A DNA stretch of 64,000 bases from Candidatus Bathyarchaeia archaeon (GCA_038882955.1 JAVZNC010000003.1:96001-160000); one strand, 5' to 3'; shown: positions 29,859 through 40,308, counted from the first letter of the stretch. Translations and numbers: made by a program. The notes: generated by a model from the sequence alone, not told the origin.

Positions 29859-32800
29859 ATGAGACGGCCAATTTCTGTCACCATGTTATGTCTTATTGCG
29901 TCTTGCGTGTTAACGTCAGCATTTAATGTTAACCCAATTAAAGCTTGGAATGGAACTATTTACATTAGAGAGGATGGAACAGTTGATCCTCCCACCGCGC
30001 CCATAAGACGAAATGGAAACTTCTATGCCTTAACTGGAGATATAACAACTAATAGCGATGGGATTGTGATTGAACTTGGCGGCATAGTTCTAGATGGGGA
30101 AAGTTATTGTGTGCAAGGGGCAAACAAGGGAAACGGAATTGTTCTTTCTGGTGCAAGCAGCTGCGAGATTATGAATATTAAAATCAAAAATTTTAACATA
30201 GGTATTCGGTTATTAGTGGATTCAAATTTTAACAGCATTTCCGCCATTGATCTGGTGAATAATAGCTATGGAATCCTTTTAGAGCATTCACACGATAATA
30301 TTATATTTGCAAGTAATATGGAGAAAAACATTTATGGTATCGGCTTTTACGAGTCATCTAATAACCGTTTTTACTACGTAAATTTTGTTGACAACTACCA
30401 ACATGTGCACGATTTTGCTTCAGGCAATCCGATTGAACCTTCAATAAATTTTTGGGATGATGGATACTCTTGGGGTGGAAATTACTGGAGTGATTATTCA
30501 GGTGTTGACACTAACGGAGACGGAGTAGGCGACATACCATATATTATTGACAACAATAATATAGATTATTATCCACTCTGCTCCAACAAGCCTTTACATC
30601 CTAGCTATTATGAAACCAGCGAGTTTCTAATAGGAAGCATGGCTGTCGGTGTAATATTCCCAGAAAGTAATGGAGAAAACGATCCAGACACAGAAAATTG
30701 GACTGAAATTGAAGAATCAAAGATGGTTACTAGAATAACAAATGCACTGAATTGGTTGAAAGAGTATAATCCTTCAGCAAATATTTCATTTTATTTAGAG
30801 GTTAATTATCGCGTGCCCACAGGCCTTGAACCAATTAACCGCTTTTACTCCGAATATCCATTATGGGTTACTGAAACAATTTATAACCTCGGTTATAGAA
30901 GCGTCCTTGATTATGTTAACAACCTAAGAAACAGGCTAAAAACAGATTGGGCATTTATTCTTTTCATAGTAGACAGCTCCAACGATGCTGATGGATGCTT
31001 TCCAGAAGGATATGATGCTGGCGCGATTATTGGTGGCCCTTTTGTTATAAGTACGACTAGATGGATTGATTCCGCATTATTGGAAGCTATTCTTGCACAC
31101 GAGATATGCCATCTCTTCTACGCAACTGACGAATATAATCACATACAGGAGTTTAGTGGATATCTAAATGTTTCAGATGCGGATGGTGCTTATTGTTTAA
31201 TGACTTCAAATGCACGAAAAATTTGCCAAGCCACTCAAGAACAACTTGGATGGCGTGACACAGATGAAGATGGAATTTATGATATTATCGATACATTTCC
31301 ACAAATCAGTTTTGATGCAAGTCAATATCAATATGTCAATGGAACCTTAATTTTCACGGGATATGTAACCGAGGTTCCGTATCCCAACTGCAATTCATAT
31401 AGCCGTCCCAGATGGCCTGATTGGCAAGAAGTATTTTTCCGGATGCCAAAGACACGTAAGAGTATAACAATTAACACAATTACGAACGTAGAGTATAGAA
31501 TTGATGACGGCCCATGGATCAACGCAACGCCAGTTGATGGGAGTTTTGATGAAGCACAAGAATACTTCACTCTAAATATACCTGGACCACTACTAGGTAA
31601 CCATTCAATAGATTTGCGTGCAATAAATTCCGTAGGAAATAGTGCATTTCATTTCAGTAATCCTTGGGGAAGGCACTTAATAGTGCCTGAGGGTTATCCT
31701 ATTGTGGACATGGCTGTCTACAAAGGAAGCTTGTATCTCGCAGCTAACAATAGACTCTATACCTACAGTAGGAGCAAATGGAATGTTTTAGAAGCACCCA
31801 CGTTTTTGGTTTCGCTTGAAACGATATCCATAACTCTGGGGCTCCAGCAACAAGTTGTTTTAGCTGAATGGAATCAGACATATGGAGGATCTGAATTAGA
31901 AATTGCATATTCATTGATGCAAACGAATGATGAAGGATATGCTATATTAGGATGGACAGAGTCTTTTGGCTCGGGTCTCAGCGACATTTGGTTAATTAAG
32001 ACAGATTCTAATGGTAACATGCAGTGGCATAGGACATATGGAGGAGCAAACAATGATTACTCTGGTACTCATGCTTTATTGCAAACCAGTGACGGAGGTT
32101 ATGCGATAGCTGGGTACACAAATTCTTTTGGGTCTGGCGATTTCGATTTTTGGCTTATTAAGACTGACTCCGAAGGCAACGTTCAATGGAACAAAACATA
32201 TGGAGAAATAGGCGATGATGAAGCATTTTGCCTTATCGCAACCCAAGATGGTGGATATGCGATGGCTGGTGTCACCACTTCTTTTGGTGCGGGTCTAGGC
32301 GATTTTTGGTTGATTAAAACCGATTCATATGGGAACATGCAGTGGAACATGACATATGGCGGAGTAGGCGACGAGTGTGCATATGCTTTGACGCAGACTA
32401 TTGACGGAGGTTATGCTTTGGCAGGCATCACAAATTCTTTTGGAGCGGGTAACTGGGATTTCTGGCTGCTTAGAACTGATGCAAATGGCAATCATTTATG
32501 GAACGCTACATTTGGGGGAATAGACCGTGATGTTGTAAGAGCTTTAGTGCAAAGTGGCGATGGTGACTATGTATTGGCAGGTTACACAGCATCTTTTACA
32601 TCTGGTGACGAAGATGTATGGCTAGTCAAAACAGACTCGTCAGGAAATATGGAGTGGAATAGAACGTACGGAGAACTTGGCAACGAGCGAGCCTGCGATG
32701 TAATGCAAATTAATGGAGAAGGATATGTGATTGCGGGTTGGACGAATTCTTTTGGCTTTAGCAAAGATTTTTGGCTTATCAAAACGGATCTAGACGGCAA

Positions 32801-33833
32801 TATGGAGTGGAATCAGACTTACGGGGGAATGGTTGATGATGTTGCATGGGGTCTGACAAATACTAGCGATGATGGCTATGCAATTGCGGGTTGGACTACC
32901 TCCTTTGGATGTGGCGGTGATGTTTTGCTTGTTAAAACAGGAGCGTCTGGTTTTAAGACTTACTTTCATTCGGAAACTTCTCTTGTAGCAGGGGGATTAG
33001 GCGGATTATATTGCTATAATGGATCATCCTTTGAGAAGATATTTTCTGTGCCTACATACATTAAGGTGCTTGGAGTGTACAATAATACAGTTTATGCTGG
33101 AACGTTATTTGATAACCCACCAAAACTCTACTATTGTAACGGTTCTGTAACCAACTCAACTAATTGGCATATTGATTCTGATTTTTCAGCAATATTAGAG
33201 TTCTCTGGTGTTTTCGGTAGCATAGATTCTTTTGGAGTCTGCAATAATATAATGTACGTAAGTTCTGGTGGTAAACTATATTCTTTCAATGGAACAAGTT
33301 GGAGCATTGCAGCAAGTTTCGATGATGTATACGCATTTCTTGACATGCAATGGTACAATGGCAAGCTTTACTTGGCAACCAGAGATCAAGCTTGGAGAAA
33401 ACCACTTTACTTGGGTGGAACAGGATTCAGCGGCAGAATAATTGAATATAACGGCACAAGCTGGACAACGGTGTTTGACAATGATTACTGGATATATTCC
33501 TTAGAAGTCTATGAAAACAAGCTGTATGTTGGAACAGCTAACAAAATTTTCGCCTATAACGGAACTTGCTGGGAACTCTCCTTTAATACCGCAGAAGATA
33601 CATACTACATCCTTTCACTAAAAATTTATGATGGCATAATTTATGCTGGAATGGGTAATGGATACCTTTTCGCGGATCCTACGCCTATGAAAAAGGACAT
33701 TGAAACGATAACAATCCCAGAATTTCCATCAGCCGTAATTGTAATTTTGCCACTATTCATAACCTTCACCGTAATGGTCACAATCCTGTCAAATAAAAAA
33801 ATAAGACATAAGATTTTAAAAATGGTTCTATGA
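29859..33833 (+). CDS. 1324-aa modular surface protein: NosD beta-helix, HExxH metallopeptidase, beta-propellers, PEF-CTERM-like anchor
   Basis: GGNYWSDY..D.NGDGVGD, LAHEICHLFYATDEY, seven WNxTYGG repeats of about 50 aa, TIPEFP + TM. Confidence 0.9.
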   Translation: MRRPISVTMLCLIASCVLTSAFNVNPIKAWNGTIYIREDGTVDPPTAPIRRNGNFYALTGDITTNSDGIVIELGGIVLDGESYCVQGANKGNGIVLSGASSCEIMNIKIKNFNIGIRLLVDSNFNSISAIDLVNNSYGILLEHSHDNIIFASNMEKNIYGIGFYESSNNRFYYVNFVDNYQHVHDFASGNPIEPSINFWDDGYSWGGNYWSDYSGVDTNGDGVGDIPYIIDNNNIDYYPLCSNKPLHPSYYETSEFLIGSMAVGVIFPESNGENDPDTENWTEIEESKMVTRITNALNWLKEYNPSANISFYLEVNYRVPTGLEPINRFYSEYPLWVTETIYNLGYRSVLDYVNNLRNRLKTDWAFILFIVDSSNDADGCFPEGYDAGAIIGGPFVISTTRWIDSALLEAILAHEICHLFYATDEYNHIQEFSGYLNVSDADGAYCLMTSNARKICQATQEQLGWRDTDEDGIYDIIDTFPQISFDASQYQYVNGTLIFTGYVTEVPYPNCNSYSRPRWPDWQEVFFRMPKTRKSITINTITNVEYRIDDGPWINATPVDGSFDEAQEYFTLNIPGPLLGNHSIDLRAINSVGNSAFHFSNPWGRHLIVPEGYPIVDMAVYKGSLYLAANNRLYTYSRSKWNVLEAPTFLVSLETISITLGLQQQVVLAEWNQTYGGSELEIAYSLMQTNDEGYAILGWTESFGSGLSDIWLIKTDSNGNMQWHRTYGGANNDYSGTHALLQTSDGGYAIAGYTNSFGSGDFDFWLIKTDSEGNVQWNKTYGEIGDDEAFCLIATQDGGYAMAGVTTSFGAGLGDFWLIKTDSYGNMQWNMTYGGVGDECAYALTQTIDGGYALAGITNSFGAGNWDFWLLRTDANGNHLWNATFGGIDRDVVRALVQSGDGDYVLAGYTASFTSGDEDVWLVKTDSSGNMEWNRTYGELGNERACDVMQINGEGYVIAGWTNSFGFSKDFWLIKTDLDGNMEWNQTYGGMVDDVAWGLTNTSDDGYAIAGWTTSFGCGGDVLLVKTGASGFKTYFHSETSLVAGGLGGLYCYNGSSFEKIFSVPTYIKVLGVYNNTVYAGTLFDNPPKLYYCNGSVTNSTNWHIDSDFSAILEFSGVFGSIDSFGVCNNIMYVSSGGKLYSFNGTSWSIAASFDDVYAFLDMQWYNGKLYLATRDQAWRKPLYLGGTGFSGRIIEYNGTSWTTVFDNDYWIYSLEVYENKLYVGTANKIFAYNGTCWELSFNTAEDTYYILSLKIYDGIIYAGMGNGYLFADPTPMKKDIETITIPEFPSAVIVILPLFITFTVMVTILSNKKIRHKILKMVL

Positions 33834-33936
33834 TTTAACCTAATGCACCATTAATTAATGGACAAGTTGCAAGCACAACTCAATTAATCTGTTACAACCA
33901 AAAATGAATGTTCTACTAAAAGAAGTTCATTAAAAA

Positions 33937-34021
33937 TGCGGGGGGTGGGATTTGAACCCACGAACCCCTATGGGACAAGGTCCTAAGCCTTGCGCCTTTG
34001 ACCAGGCTTGGCGACCCCCGC
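33937..34021 (-). tRNA. tRNA-Leu(UAG)
   Basis: CAAGG-CU-UAG-GA-CCUUG anticodon arm, long variable arm. Confidence 0.97.
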
Positions 34022-34131
34022 ACTTTTTCAGCTGCCATTTGCATATGAAATCTTGAAAATAATAAATTATTTGTTTTGCTTTTTATGTAGCACGAAATCT
34101 TTTAAAAAATAGGATGCGTATACTTGTTTGG

Positions 34132-34205
34132 GCCTCGGTAGCTCAGCATGGTGGAGCATCGCCTTGGTAAGGCGGTGGTCGCGGGTTCAAATCCCGCCCG
34201 AGGCT
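34132..34205 (+). tRNA. tRNA-Thr(GGU)
   Basis: UCGCC-UU-GGU-AA-GGCGG anticodon arm, GGUUCAAAUCC. Confidence 0.97.
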
Positions 34206-34312
34206 TGTTTTGGTTTTTGTGTATTTTTGTTGTTCATGTGAACGGAAATGTTTATTAAATATTAATATTATAGATTCATGTTGAAAGTACATTCTAAAGC
34301 GAGGCAGCAGAA

Positions 34313-34654
34313 ATGCCCTTCCTCCACTCACACGAAGAGAAACTAAAATGTCCATACAAGGGTTGCGGCAAAACGTTTTCTAAGCCAACGGTCTTGACTG
34401 ATTCCTCAGCAATTCCAAGACAAACTTACTATGCTTGTCCTCACTGCATGTCGAAGCTTGACATAATAGTTGAAAACGCAAAAATCATAGGTGTGAAGCC
34501 AACAGAATATCCGAAAGTTTTCGAATCGCCGGCAAAATGTGCGCACTACCTTGGATTTCTAAACACTATTTCAAAGGACATGCCAATACCAGACGAGTGC
34601 CTAGTATGCCCAAAAGTCCTCCAGTGCAGCATAAGAAGACGACAAAACGTTTAG
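34313..34654 (+). CDS. Small zinc-finger protein
   Basis: CPYKGC...CPHC and CAHY...CLVC...C clusters. Confidence 0.8.
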   Translation: MPFLHSHEEKLKCPYKGCGKTFSKPTVLTDSSAIPRQTYYACPHCMSKLDIIVENAKIIGVKPTEYPKVFESPAKCAHYLGFLNTISKDMPIPDECLVCPKVLQCSIRRRQNV

Positions 34655-34726
34655 CCATATTTCTTTTAAAGAGAATCTTTTAAATTTACCTTCTAAAATT
34701 TTAAAATGATGTAGCGCCCATTATGC

Positions 34727-34804
34727 GGGGCTGTCGGCTAGCTTGGTCTAGGCTTGGAGACTTGGGCTCTCTAGACCCCGGTTCAAATCCGGGCAGCCCC
34801 ACCA
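34727..34804 (+). tRNA. tRNA-Pro(UGG), CCA encoded
   Basis: GGGGCUG.../GGAGA-CU-UGG-GC-UCUCU/CAGCCCCACCA. Confidence 0.96.
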
Positions 34805-34809
34805 CATTT

Positions 34810-35301
34810 TCATGAGACAATTCGCTTTTTGAGTTTGTACAAAATAAGAGCTGTATTCAGAGAACAAAATGCATACAACCATCCAAAGAGCATAAACCAA
34901 AATTCGACGCCCCAGTACAAAAACAGTTGCCAAAACCATGTTAAAGTTAGAACTGCAATAAGAATAAATAAAGAGGCAATCAATAAGCCGAGTTTTGGAT
35001 GTGGGAGAGCCTTCCTAATCTTTAGAAGGGTTGCTCCCCAAACCAGAATCCCAACATTCAGAGACGCTAGAAAGTTTGAAGTAGTTACCAAAATATTGCT
35101 TTGTGAAAGGTAAAGTCTTATAATTGAATAGCTTGCAATGGCGAAAGAAGCCAAATATAAAAGGCCGCAAAATAAGGCTACGTTTGAGTTGTACCTCATT
35201 TTCAATCCGAAACATGCAAAGCTGCCAAGTAAAAATGAAGCAAGGAAAAAGCTGTAAACAACTGTTAAATAAGCTACGGACTGAATAAATATTCCGCTCA
35301 T
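34810..35301 (-). CDS. Hypothetical membrane protein
   Basis: About 5 hydrophobic helices. Confidence 0.6.
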   Translation of the reverse strand: MSGIFIQSVAYLTVVYSFFLASFLLGSFACFGLKMRYNSNVALFCGLLYLASFAIASYSIIRLYLSQSNILVTTSNFLASLNVGILVWGATLLKIRKALPHPKLGLLIASLFILIAVLTLTWFWQLFLYWGVEFWFMLFGWLYAFCSLNTALILYKLKKRIVS

Positions 35302-35466
35302 AAAACTTGGATGGCCATAGCCAAGCCAATAAGCTATAAGATTTAAAAGTACAAGTAAAAACCACGTAAACCAACCTAAAAAGCCAAAAATATATCGATG
35401 CAGCCAATTTGGAAGAAAATGGTGCTTTTTGTGTCATCAGAAAACAGAGTATTCCCTCCACGGCTT

Positions 35467-36453
35467 TTATGTTATGAAGTGCTTGTATATTGGGTGTCCT
35501 TTAAAGCGCAGTGTTGTTTCTGATTTTTCCACCGTTCCGCTTGGTAGCCTTATGCATATGGAGTTTACTACGGCGCCGTTTGGTATGAATCGTACTCCAT
35601 CTAACAGTTCGCCTTTTGTTACGCCGGAAGCGCAGAATACCAACTCGTTTCCTTTGGCTAACTCGTCTTGTGTGTAGGTTTTATTTACGTCGACTCCTTC
35701 TGCCACAAGCCTATCAAGCCTTTTTGGGTCGTCACTTTTGTCTCGCCAAACCTTTACGAGCATTGTTCCGCCTAGGCATTTCACGGCTGTTGCGGCTATT
35801 GTTGCTTCTGGTCCTGCTCCAGCGCCTATGAGGAGGTCTACGCCTGAGCCTTGGATGCATGTGGCTACTGCCGCTGCTATGTCTCCGTCTGGTATTAGGA
35901 TTATTCTTACACCCATTTGCCTTAGTTTTTGAAGTATCGCCGCGTGTCTTTCGCGTTCAAGCATTATCACGGTGAAGTTTTCGAACGGTAATCCTTTAGC
36001 CCTGGCTACAGTTTTGACTATTTTTTCTATTGACATTTCCAGCGATATTTTTCCTATGGAGTGATGGTCTGTTGCAACTTTGAAGTAATATCCGTCGTCT
36101 GGAAGAACTTGGAAGCACCCTTTTGGCGCGCATGCCAATGCAGAAATCGCGTCTTTTCTTCCTTTTGAGGCGGCTGTTGTGCCGTCAACTGGGTCTATGA
36201 CGAATTCGACTTTTGGTCCTTTTCCAGTTCCAACTTTTTCTCGGCGCATGAAGGCTGGAGCGTTATCCTTTGGTCCTTCACACGCGATTACTTCGCCTTC
36301 CACGTCTGTTTGTGCCAGGACAGCCCTTGAAAATTGAACAGCTTTCTCGTCTATTAGGTTTGGGTCTCCTTGTCCAATGTGCAATGCGGCGCCTACAGCC
36401 GCCGCAATCGTGATTCGCGTTAGAGAAGGCGCTAAAGCCCTTAAAGAAACCAA
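35467..36453 (-). CDS. glpX: Class II fructose-1,6-bisphosphatase (GlpX family)
   Basis: EGPKDNAP, IDPVDGTT, RERH, IPDGDI, GPEA, SGVTKGELLDGV. Confidence 0.88.
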   Translation of the reverse strand: MVSLRALAPSLTRITIAAAVGAALHIGQGDPNLIDEKAVQFSRAVLAQTDVEGEVIACEGPKDNAPAFMRREKVGTGKGPKVEFVIDPVDGTTAASKGRKDAISALACAPKGCFQVLPDDGYYFKVATDHHSIGKISLEMSIEKIVKTVARAKGLPFENFTVIMLERERHAAILQKLRQMGVRIILIPDGDIAAAVATCIQGSGVDLLIGAGAGPEATIAATAVKCLGGTMLVKVWRDKSDDPKRLDRLVAEGVDVNKTYTQDELAKGNELVFCASGVTKGELLDGVRFIPNGAVVNSICIRLPSGTVEKSETTLRFKGHPIYKHFIT

Positions 36454-36481
36454 ATGTTCACCAATCTAGCGTAAGCCTTTT

Positions 36482-37585
36482 TCATTTGTAAACCTTTTTA
36501 GGCTTTCCAAGAAGGTGTTCGTCCAGCTCTTTTATACCTAAGCCATGTTGCTTTGTGAATGTTCGTTTTGAGTCCTTAATTTTTGTTCCGCCCTTTTTTA
36601 CGAGTCTGTCCTTGTGTATAAGGTCTGAGTCTAGGTCTGCGTACATTATGTTTTTTGATGCTGCTGCGAGGTGGGTTCCAGCGGCTATGCCTATTTGGGA
36701 TTCGCCCATACATCCTATCATGCATGGTATTCCTGCGGCTTCGGCTATGTCTGCGATTTTTCTGCCTTTTAGGATTCCCCCGCTTTTCATCAGCTTTATG
36801 TTGATTAGGTCTACTGCTTCGGCTTTTATTAGGCGTATGGCGTCTTCCGGTGAATGAACGCTTTCATCAGCCATGATTGGTATTGGCGAGTTTCGCTTCA
36901 CTTCGATTAAGCCTTTCAGGTTTTCTGCTGGGACTGGTTGCTCGGCGAATTCTATGTTGAACTTTTCCATTTTGTTTAGGGCTTCTATGGCTTGTTTTGG
37001 CGTCCAGCCTTGGTTTGCGTCGATTCTGATGGCGATTTCGCTGCCAACAGCCTCGCGTATAAGCTTGATGCGCTCCAAATCTTCTGTGGGGTTGACGCCG
37101 ACCTTGACTTTTAGGGCTTTAAATCCTTTCTTGACGGCTTTTAACGCGTCCTTAGCCATCTCTTTTGGAGATTTTATTCCAAGTGTTATGTCTGTTAGGA
37201 CTTCTGTGCGGTAGCCCCCCAAGACCATGAAAAGCGGCTTTTTGACTGTTTTTCCAAGAATGTCGTGTAGGGCTATGTCTATTGCGGCTTTTGCCGCTGG
37301 ATTTTCCTTCACAATCGAGTCCATCAGTTCTATGTTTTGTTCTATCCGCAGTGGGCACATGCCGATTAGTTTTGGTGCAACTTTGTCGATTGTTTGGAGG
37401 ACTGTTTCTGGCGTTTCGCATGTAACCCTTTCTGATGGTGAGGATTCTCCCCAACCGATTACATCATAGTCTGTAATTATTTTTACAACTACGTTGTGAC
37501 TTTCTATGCTTGCTCCTGGCGCTATTCTGAATGGTTCATAGTAGGCTAGTTTGACTGGGTAAACTTCAATCTGTTTTATACCCAA
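36482..37585 (-). CDS. Dipeptide epimerase (L-Ala-D/L-Glu epimerase-like, enolase superfamily)
   Basis: KVKVG, DANQGW, EQP, ADES, NIKLMKSGG, GCMGE, DLD. Confidence 0.9.
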   Translation of the reverse strand: MGIKQIEVYPVKLAYYEPFRIAPGASIESHNVVVKIITDYDVIGWGESSPSERVTCETPETVLQTIDKVAPKLIGMCPLRIEQNIELMDSIVKENPAAKAAIDIALHDILGKTVKKPLFMVLGGYRTEVLTDITLGIKSPKEMAKDALKAVKKGFKALKVKVGVNPTEDLERIKLIREAVGSEIAIRIDANQGWTPKQAIEALNKMEKFNIEFAEQPVPAENLKGLIEVKRNSPIPIMADESVHSPEDAIRLIKAEAVDLINIKLMKSGGILKGRKIADIAEAAGIPCMIGCMGESQIGIAAGTHLAAASKNIMYADLDSDLIHKDRLVKKGGTKIKDSKRTFTKQHGLGIKELDEHLLGKPKKVYK

Positions 37586-37642
37586 CTTAACACCAAGAAT
37601 ATGTTTGTTTGTTTTTATGGAAAAGCTTTACTGAAAAATAAT

Positions 37643-38920
37643 TTATGTGGCTCTTTCTTTTCGCTTAAGGAGTCCCCTAAACTTTAGTTTTGCTGTTAGG
37701 ATTTTCTCTGTTGCGAAAAGCCTCGAGGCAAAGTACATTATGGCTACTGTGAAAATTGCAACGTAAGCTATTCCGCCTATCGCCGTCATGTAGTCGCCCA
37801 TTATCACGGCTTTCGAGGTTATTATTGGCTGGCTGTATGGAATAGCATAAATCAAAATTCTCAACGCCATTGGAATCGTGTTAACATCCAAGTACATCAG
37901 CGCGAGCGAAGGAATGAATATTAATGGGTAAATGTAGCCCACAAGCGACTGAGCGCCCCTGACGTCTTCTGCAAAAGCGGAGATTATAACAGCCAAAGCC
38001 AAAGCCGAAAGAAGTGTAACGAATAGGGATATTCCCAAAAGTACATAGCCAAACATTGATGGAACAAGCCCAAGCGCAGCCAAATCCACGTTAACGTTTG
38101 CCGGTATCGCCGATGATAACGAATCAAGATAATAAGTGAAGCCAACCATGTAAGCTAACGCGCCTATCGCAGCAACAATTATCGAGCCGGACAATTTTCC
38201 GAGGAGAATAGAGAAGCGATCCATTGGCAAAGTTAAAAGAGTCTCCAAGGTTTTCGCTTCCTTTTCCATAGCCACGGAAGTTGCGGCAATCTGCATCGAG
38301 TAACTAAGCAGAATCATGATTATTATTGGCATGGCGATTGCTTGGGACATCATCAAATTTGAAAGAGTTTGAGCGTCTAAACCTTCTATGGCTTGCCCTT
38401 TTACAATAACCGATTTGGTTGGAATTACAATGTTTGGACGTAAGCTTCTATTGAACTGCTCTATTAAAGAGTCAATTACCGCAGCGCTTACGCCGGAAAA
38501 CATACTTGCGCCGGAAAATACGCTGTAAAATTCGATGTGTACTTGTAGTCCAGCTGTTAAATTCGCGCTGAAGTCGCTTGGAATAACAATAGCTTCTGTG
38601 ACGTTGTTTTGAGACATCAATTCAACTACGTTCACGGTCCCAGTAACATTAATTGGAATTACATTAAAAGTGGAATTTAGATAAGCTATAAAGAGCGTTG
38701 CGTTTTCTCCGGCATCATAGTTGATTATTAGGATTGTTGTTTTTGCGGCTTCTTCTTGTGCGGACTGTATTGAAAAGCTCATGATTCCGCCAAGCAGGGG
38801 GAACATTATCACGGGAATTATAATCATTCCGAGGAAAATTTTTGGGTCTCTGATAAGCTCTTTAAGTTCTTTAAGTAGAAAGTTTCCAAAACCTTTAAGC
38901 AAGCTTGACCACCTTTGCAA
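37643..38920 (-). CDS. ABC-2 exporter permease (NatB-like)
   Basis: KELKELIRD, EKEAKTLETLLTLP; true start likely near 38897. Confidence 0.9.
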   Translation of the reverse strand: MQRWSSLLKGFGNFLLKELKELIRDPKIFLGMIIIPVIMFPLLGGIMSFSIQSAQEEAAKTTILIINYDAGENATLFIAYLNSTFNVIPINVTGTVNVVELMSQNNVTEAIVIPSDFSANLTAGLQVHIEFYSVFSGASMFSGVSAAVIDSLIEQFNRSLRPNIVIPTKSVIVKGQAIEGLDAQTLSNLMMSQAIAMPIIIMILLSYSMQIAATSVAMEKEAKTLETLLTLPMDRFSILLGKLSGSIIVAAIGALAYMVGFTYYLDSLSSAIPANVNVDLAALGLVPSMFGYVLLGISLFVTLLSALALAVIISAFAEDVRGAQSLVGYIYPLIFIPSLALMYLDVNTIPMALRILIYAIPYSQPIITSKAVIMGDYMTAIGGIAYVAIFTVAIMYFASRLFATEKILTAKLKFRGLLKRKERAT

Positions 38921-39647
38921 AAACTTCTTCTAGGTTCGCGCTTGCGTATTTCTCTTTAAGCTCTTGCGGTTTTCCTTCAGCAACGATTTTGCCCGTGTTT
39001 AATAGGGCTACCCTATTGCATAGGTGCTCAACTTCGAGCATGTTGTGGCTTGAAAGCAACACTGTGACGCCGTGCTCTTTCACGTAGCGCTTTATGATTT
39101 CCCTAACATGGTAGGAGTGCAACACGTCTAAACCGCTTGTCGGCTCGTCTAAAATTGCAAGTTTAGGCTTCGTCATCAAAGCCCTCGCAACCAAAAGCCT
39201 ACGCTTCATTCCCTTACTGTAGGTTTTAGACTTGTCTCTCAACCTTTCGCTTAAACCAGAAATTTCAGCCGCCTCTTCCACGATTTTATGGATTTCACCC
39301 TTATCGTTGGTGTTAAATTTTGCCATAAACTCGAGATACTCCCAACCAGAAAGATTAGGGTAGACGCCGGCTTCCTCTGGCAGATAGGTTATGATTTTGC
39401 GAACTTCGCTTGCCTTTTCAACAACATCTAAATCGAAAACCCTGGCGGTTCCAGAGGTCGGTAGAAGTAGCGTGGAAATTATGCGTAGGGCTGTTGTTTT
39501 TCCAGCGCCATTTGGACCAATCAAGCCGAAAATTTCTCCTTGATTGATTTTGAAGCTTAACCCGTCCAAAGCGCGTATGTTCCCGAAAACTTTAACGAGG
39601 TCTTGTGTTTCAACTGCAAAGCTCATTGTGGTTTGCCCCAAAACCAT
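38895..39647 (-). CDS. ABC transporter ATP-binding protein
   Basis: GPNGAGKTT, YSKGM, LDEPTSGLD. Confidence 0.95.
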   Translation of the reverse strand: MVLGQTTMSFAVETQDLVKVFGNIRALDGLSFKINQGEIFGLIGPNGAGKTTALRIISTLLLPTSGTARVFDLDVVEKASEVRKIITYLPEEAGVYPNLSGWEYLEFMAKFNTNDKGEIHKIVEEAAEISGLSERLRDKSKTYSKGMKRRLLVARALMTKPKLAILDEPTSGLDVLHSYHVREIIKRYVKEHGVTVLLSSHNMLEVEHLCNRVALLNTGKIVAEGKPQELKEKYASANLEEVFAKVVKLA

Positions 39648-39693
39648 TGGTTCAGCATGTTTAAAAGGGTTGAGGTCTCAAATGTGCCTTTTC

Positions 39694-40281
39694 TCATCTT
39701 TTTGAAGGTGGCACGTACTCGACATCAAGCGCCTTCACAAGCTTTCGCAGTTCTCTTTCGCTAAGCCACTCTGTCTTCAGGTACTGGCATATCCGCGCGT
39801 CATCTAAACCGAGCCTACGGGCTTCTTCAACAGCGTGATGGTATGCCTCAATTTCTGTTGGTCTTCCAACATAGTCGTACCTATCGTCGAAGAGCTTCTT
39901 GCCCTCCATAAACTGTTTCACGTGAACTAATTCGTGGATAATGTCCAAGTAAATGTCAATCAAGTCGCCATTATTCAAGTAGTACGCACTAATCATCAGG
40001 TGACCGTCCACGTCGCTAACGCCCATGTAACCCCTAAAACCCACAAACTCCACTTGCAGATTGCGTAGCACATCAGCTGTCTTTTCGCCGAAAATGCGCT
40101 TGACAGCCTCAACGTTTTCAAAACCCTTAAAATAATCTGTAAATGGGTGCGTCGTAATCCTAACGTTTCTTGGTATTTTAACCCCAAGCTGCGCCTCCAC
40201 GATTGCGTTAACCTCCCAATTTTGAGTTTTCACGTTCACCACCCTAGTAAAGTTTATGCCGACAAAAACGTGATAAAACAT
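39694..40281 (-). CDS. Small zincin-like (HExxH) protein
   Basis: IIHELVHVKQ...PTEIEAY; start uncertain. Confidence 0.7.
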   Translation of the reverse strand: MFYHVFVGINFTRVVNVKTQNWEVNAIVEAQLGVKIPRNVRITTHPFTDYFKGFENVEAVKRIFGEKTADVLRNLQVEFVGFRGYMGVSDVDGHLMISAYYLNNGDLIDIYLDIIHELVHVKQFMEGKKLFDDRYDYVGRPTEIEAYHHAVEEARRLGLDDARICQYLKTEWLSERELRKLVKALDVEYVPPSKR

Positions 40282-40308
40282 GCACCTAACAAAAAGGCTG
40301 AAAAGGAA

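Larger units (their letters stand above)
29677..33956. mobile_element. tRNA-Leu-anchored mini-island carrying a single giant surface-protein gene
   Basis: Flanking tRNA 3' direct repeats, visibly AT-richer cargo, no integrase. Confidence 0.6.

Noticed and set aside
31866-32940. ~150-bp periodic repeats considered as CRISPR or DGR repeats
   Set aside because: In-frame, degenerate protein-coding propeller repeats; no identical repeats with spacers, no cas or reverse transcriptase gene
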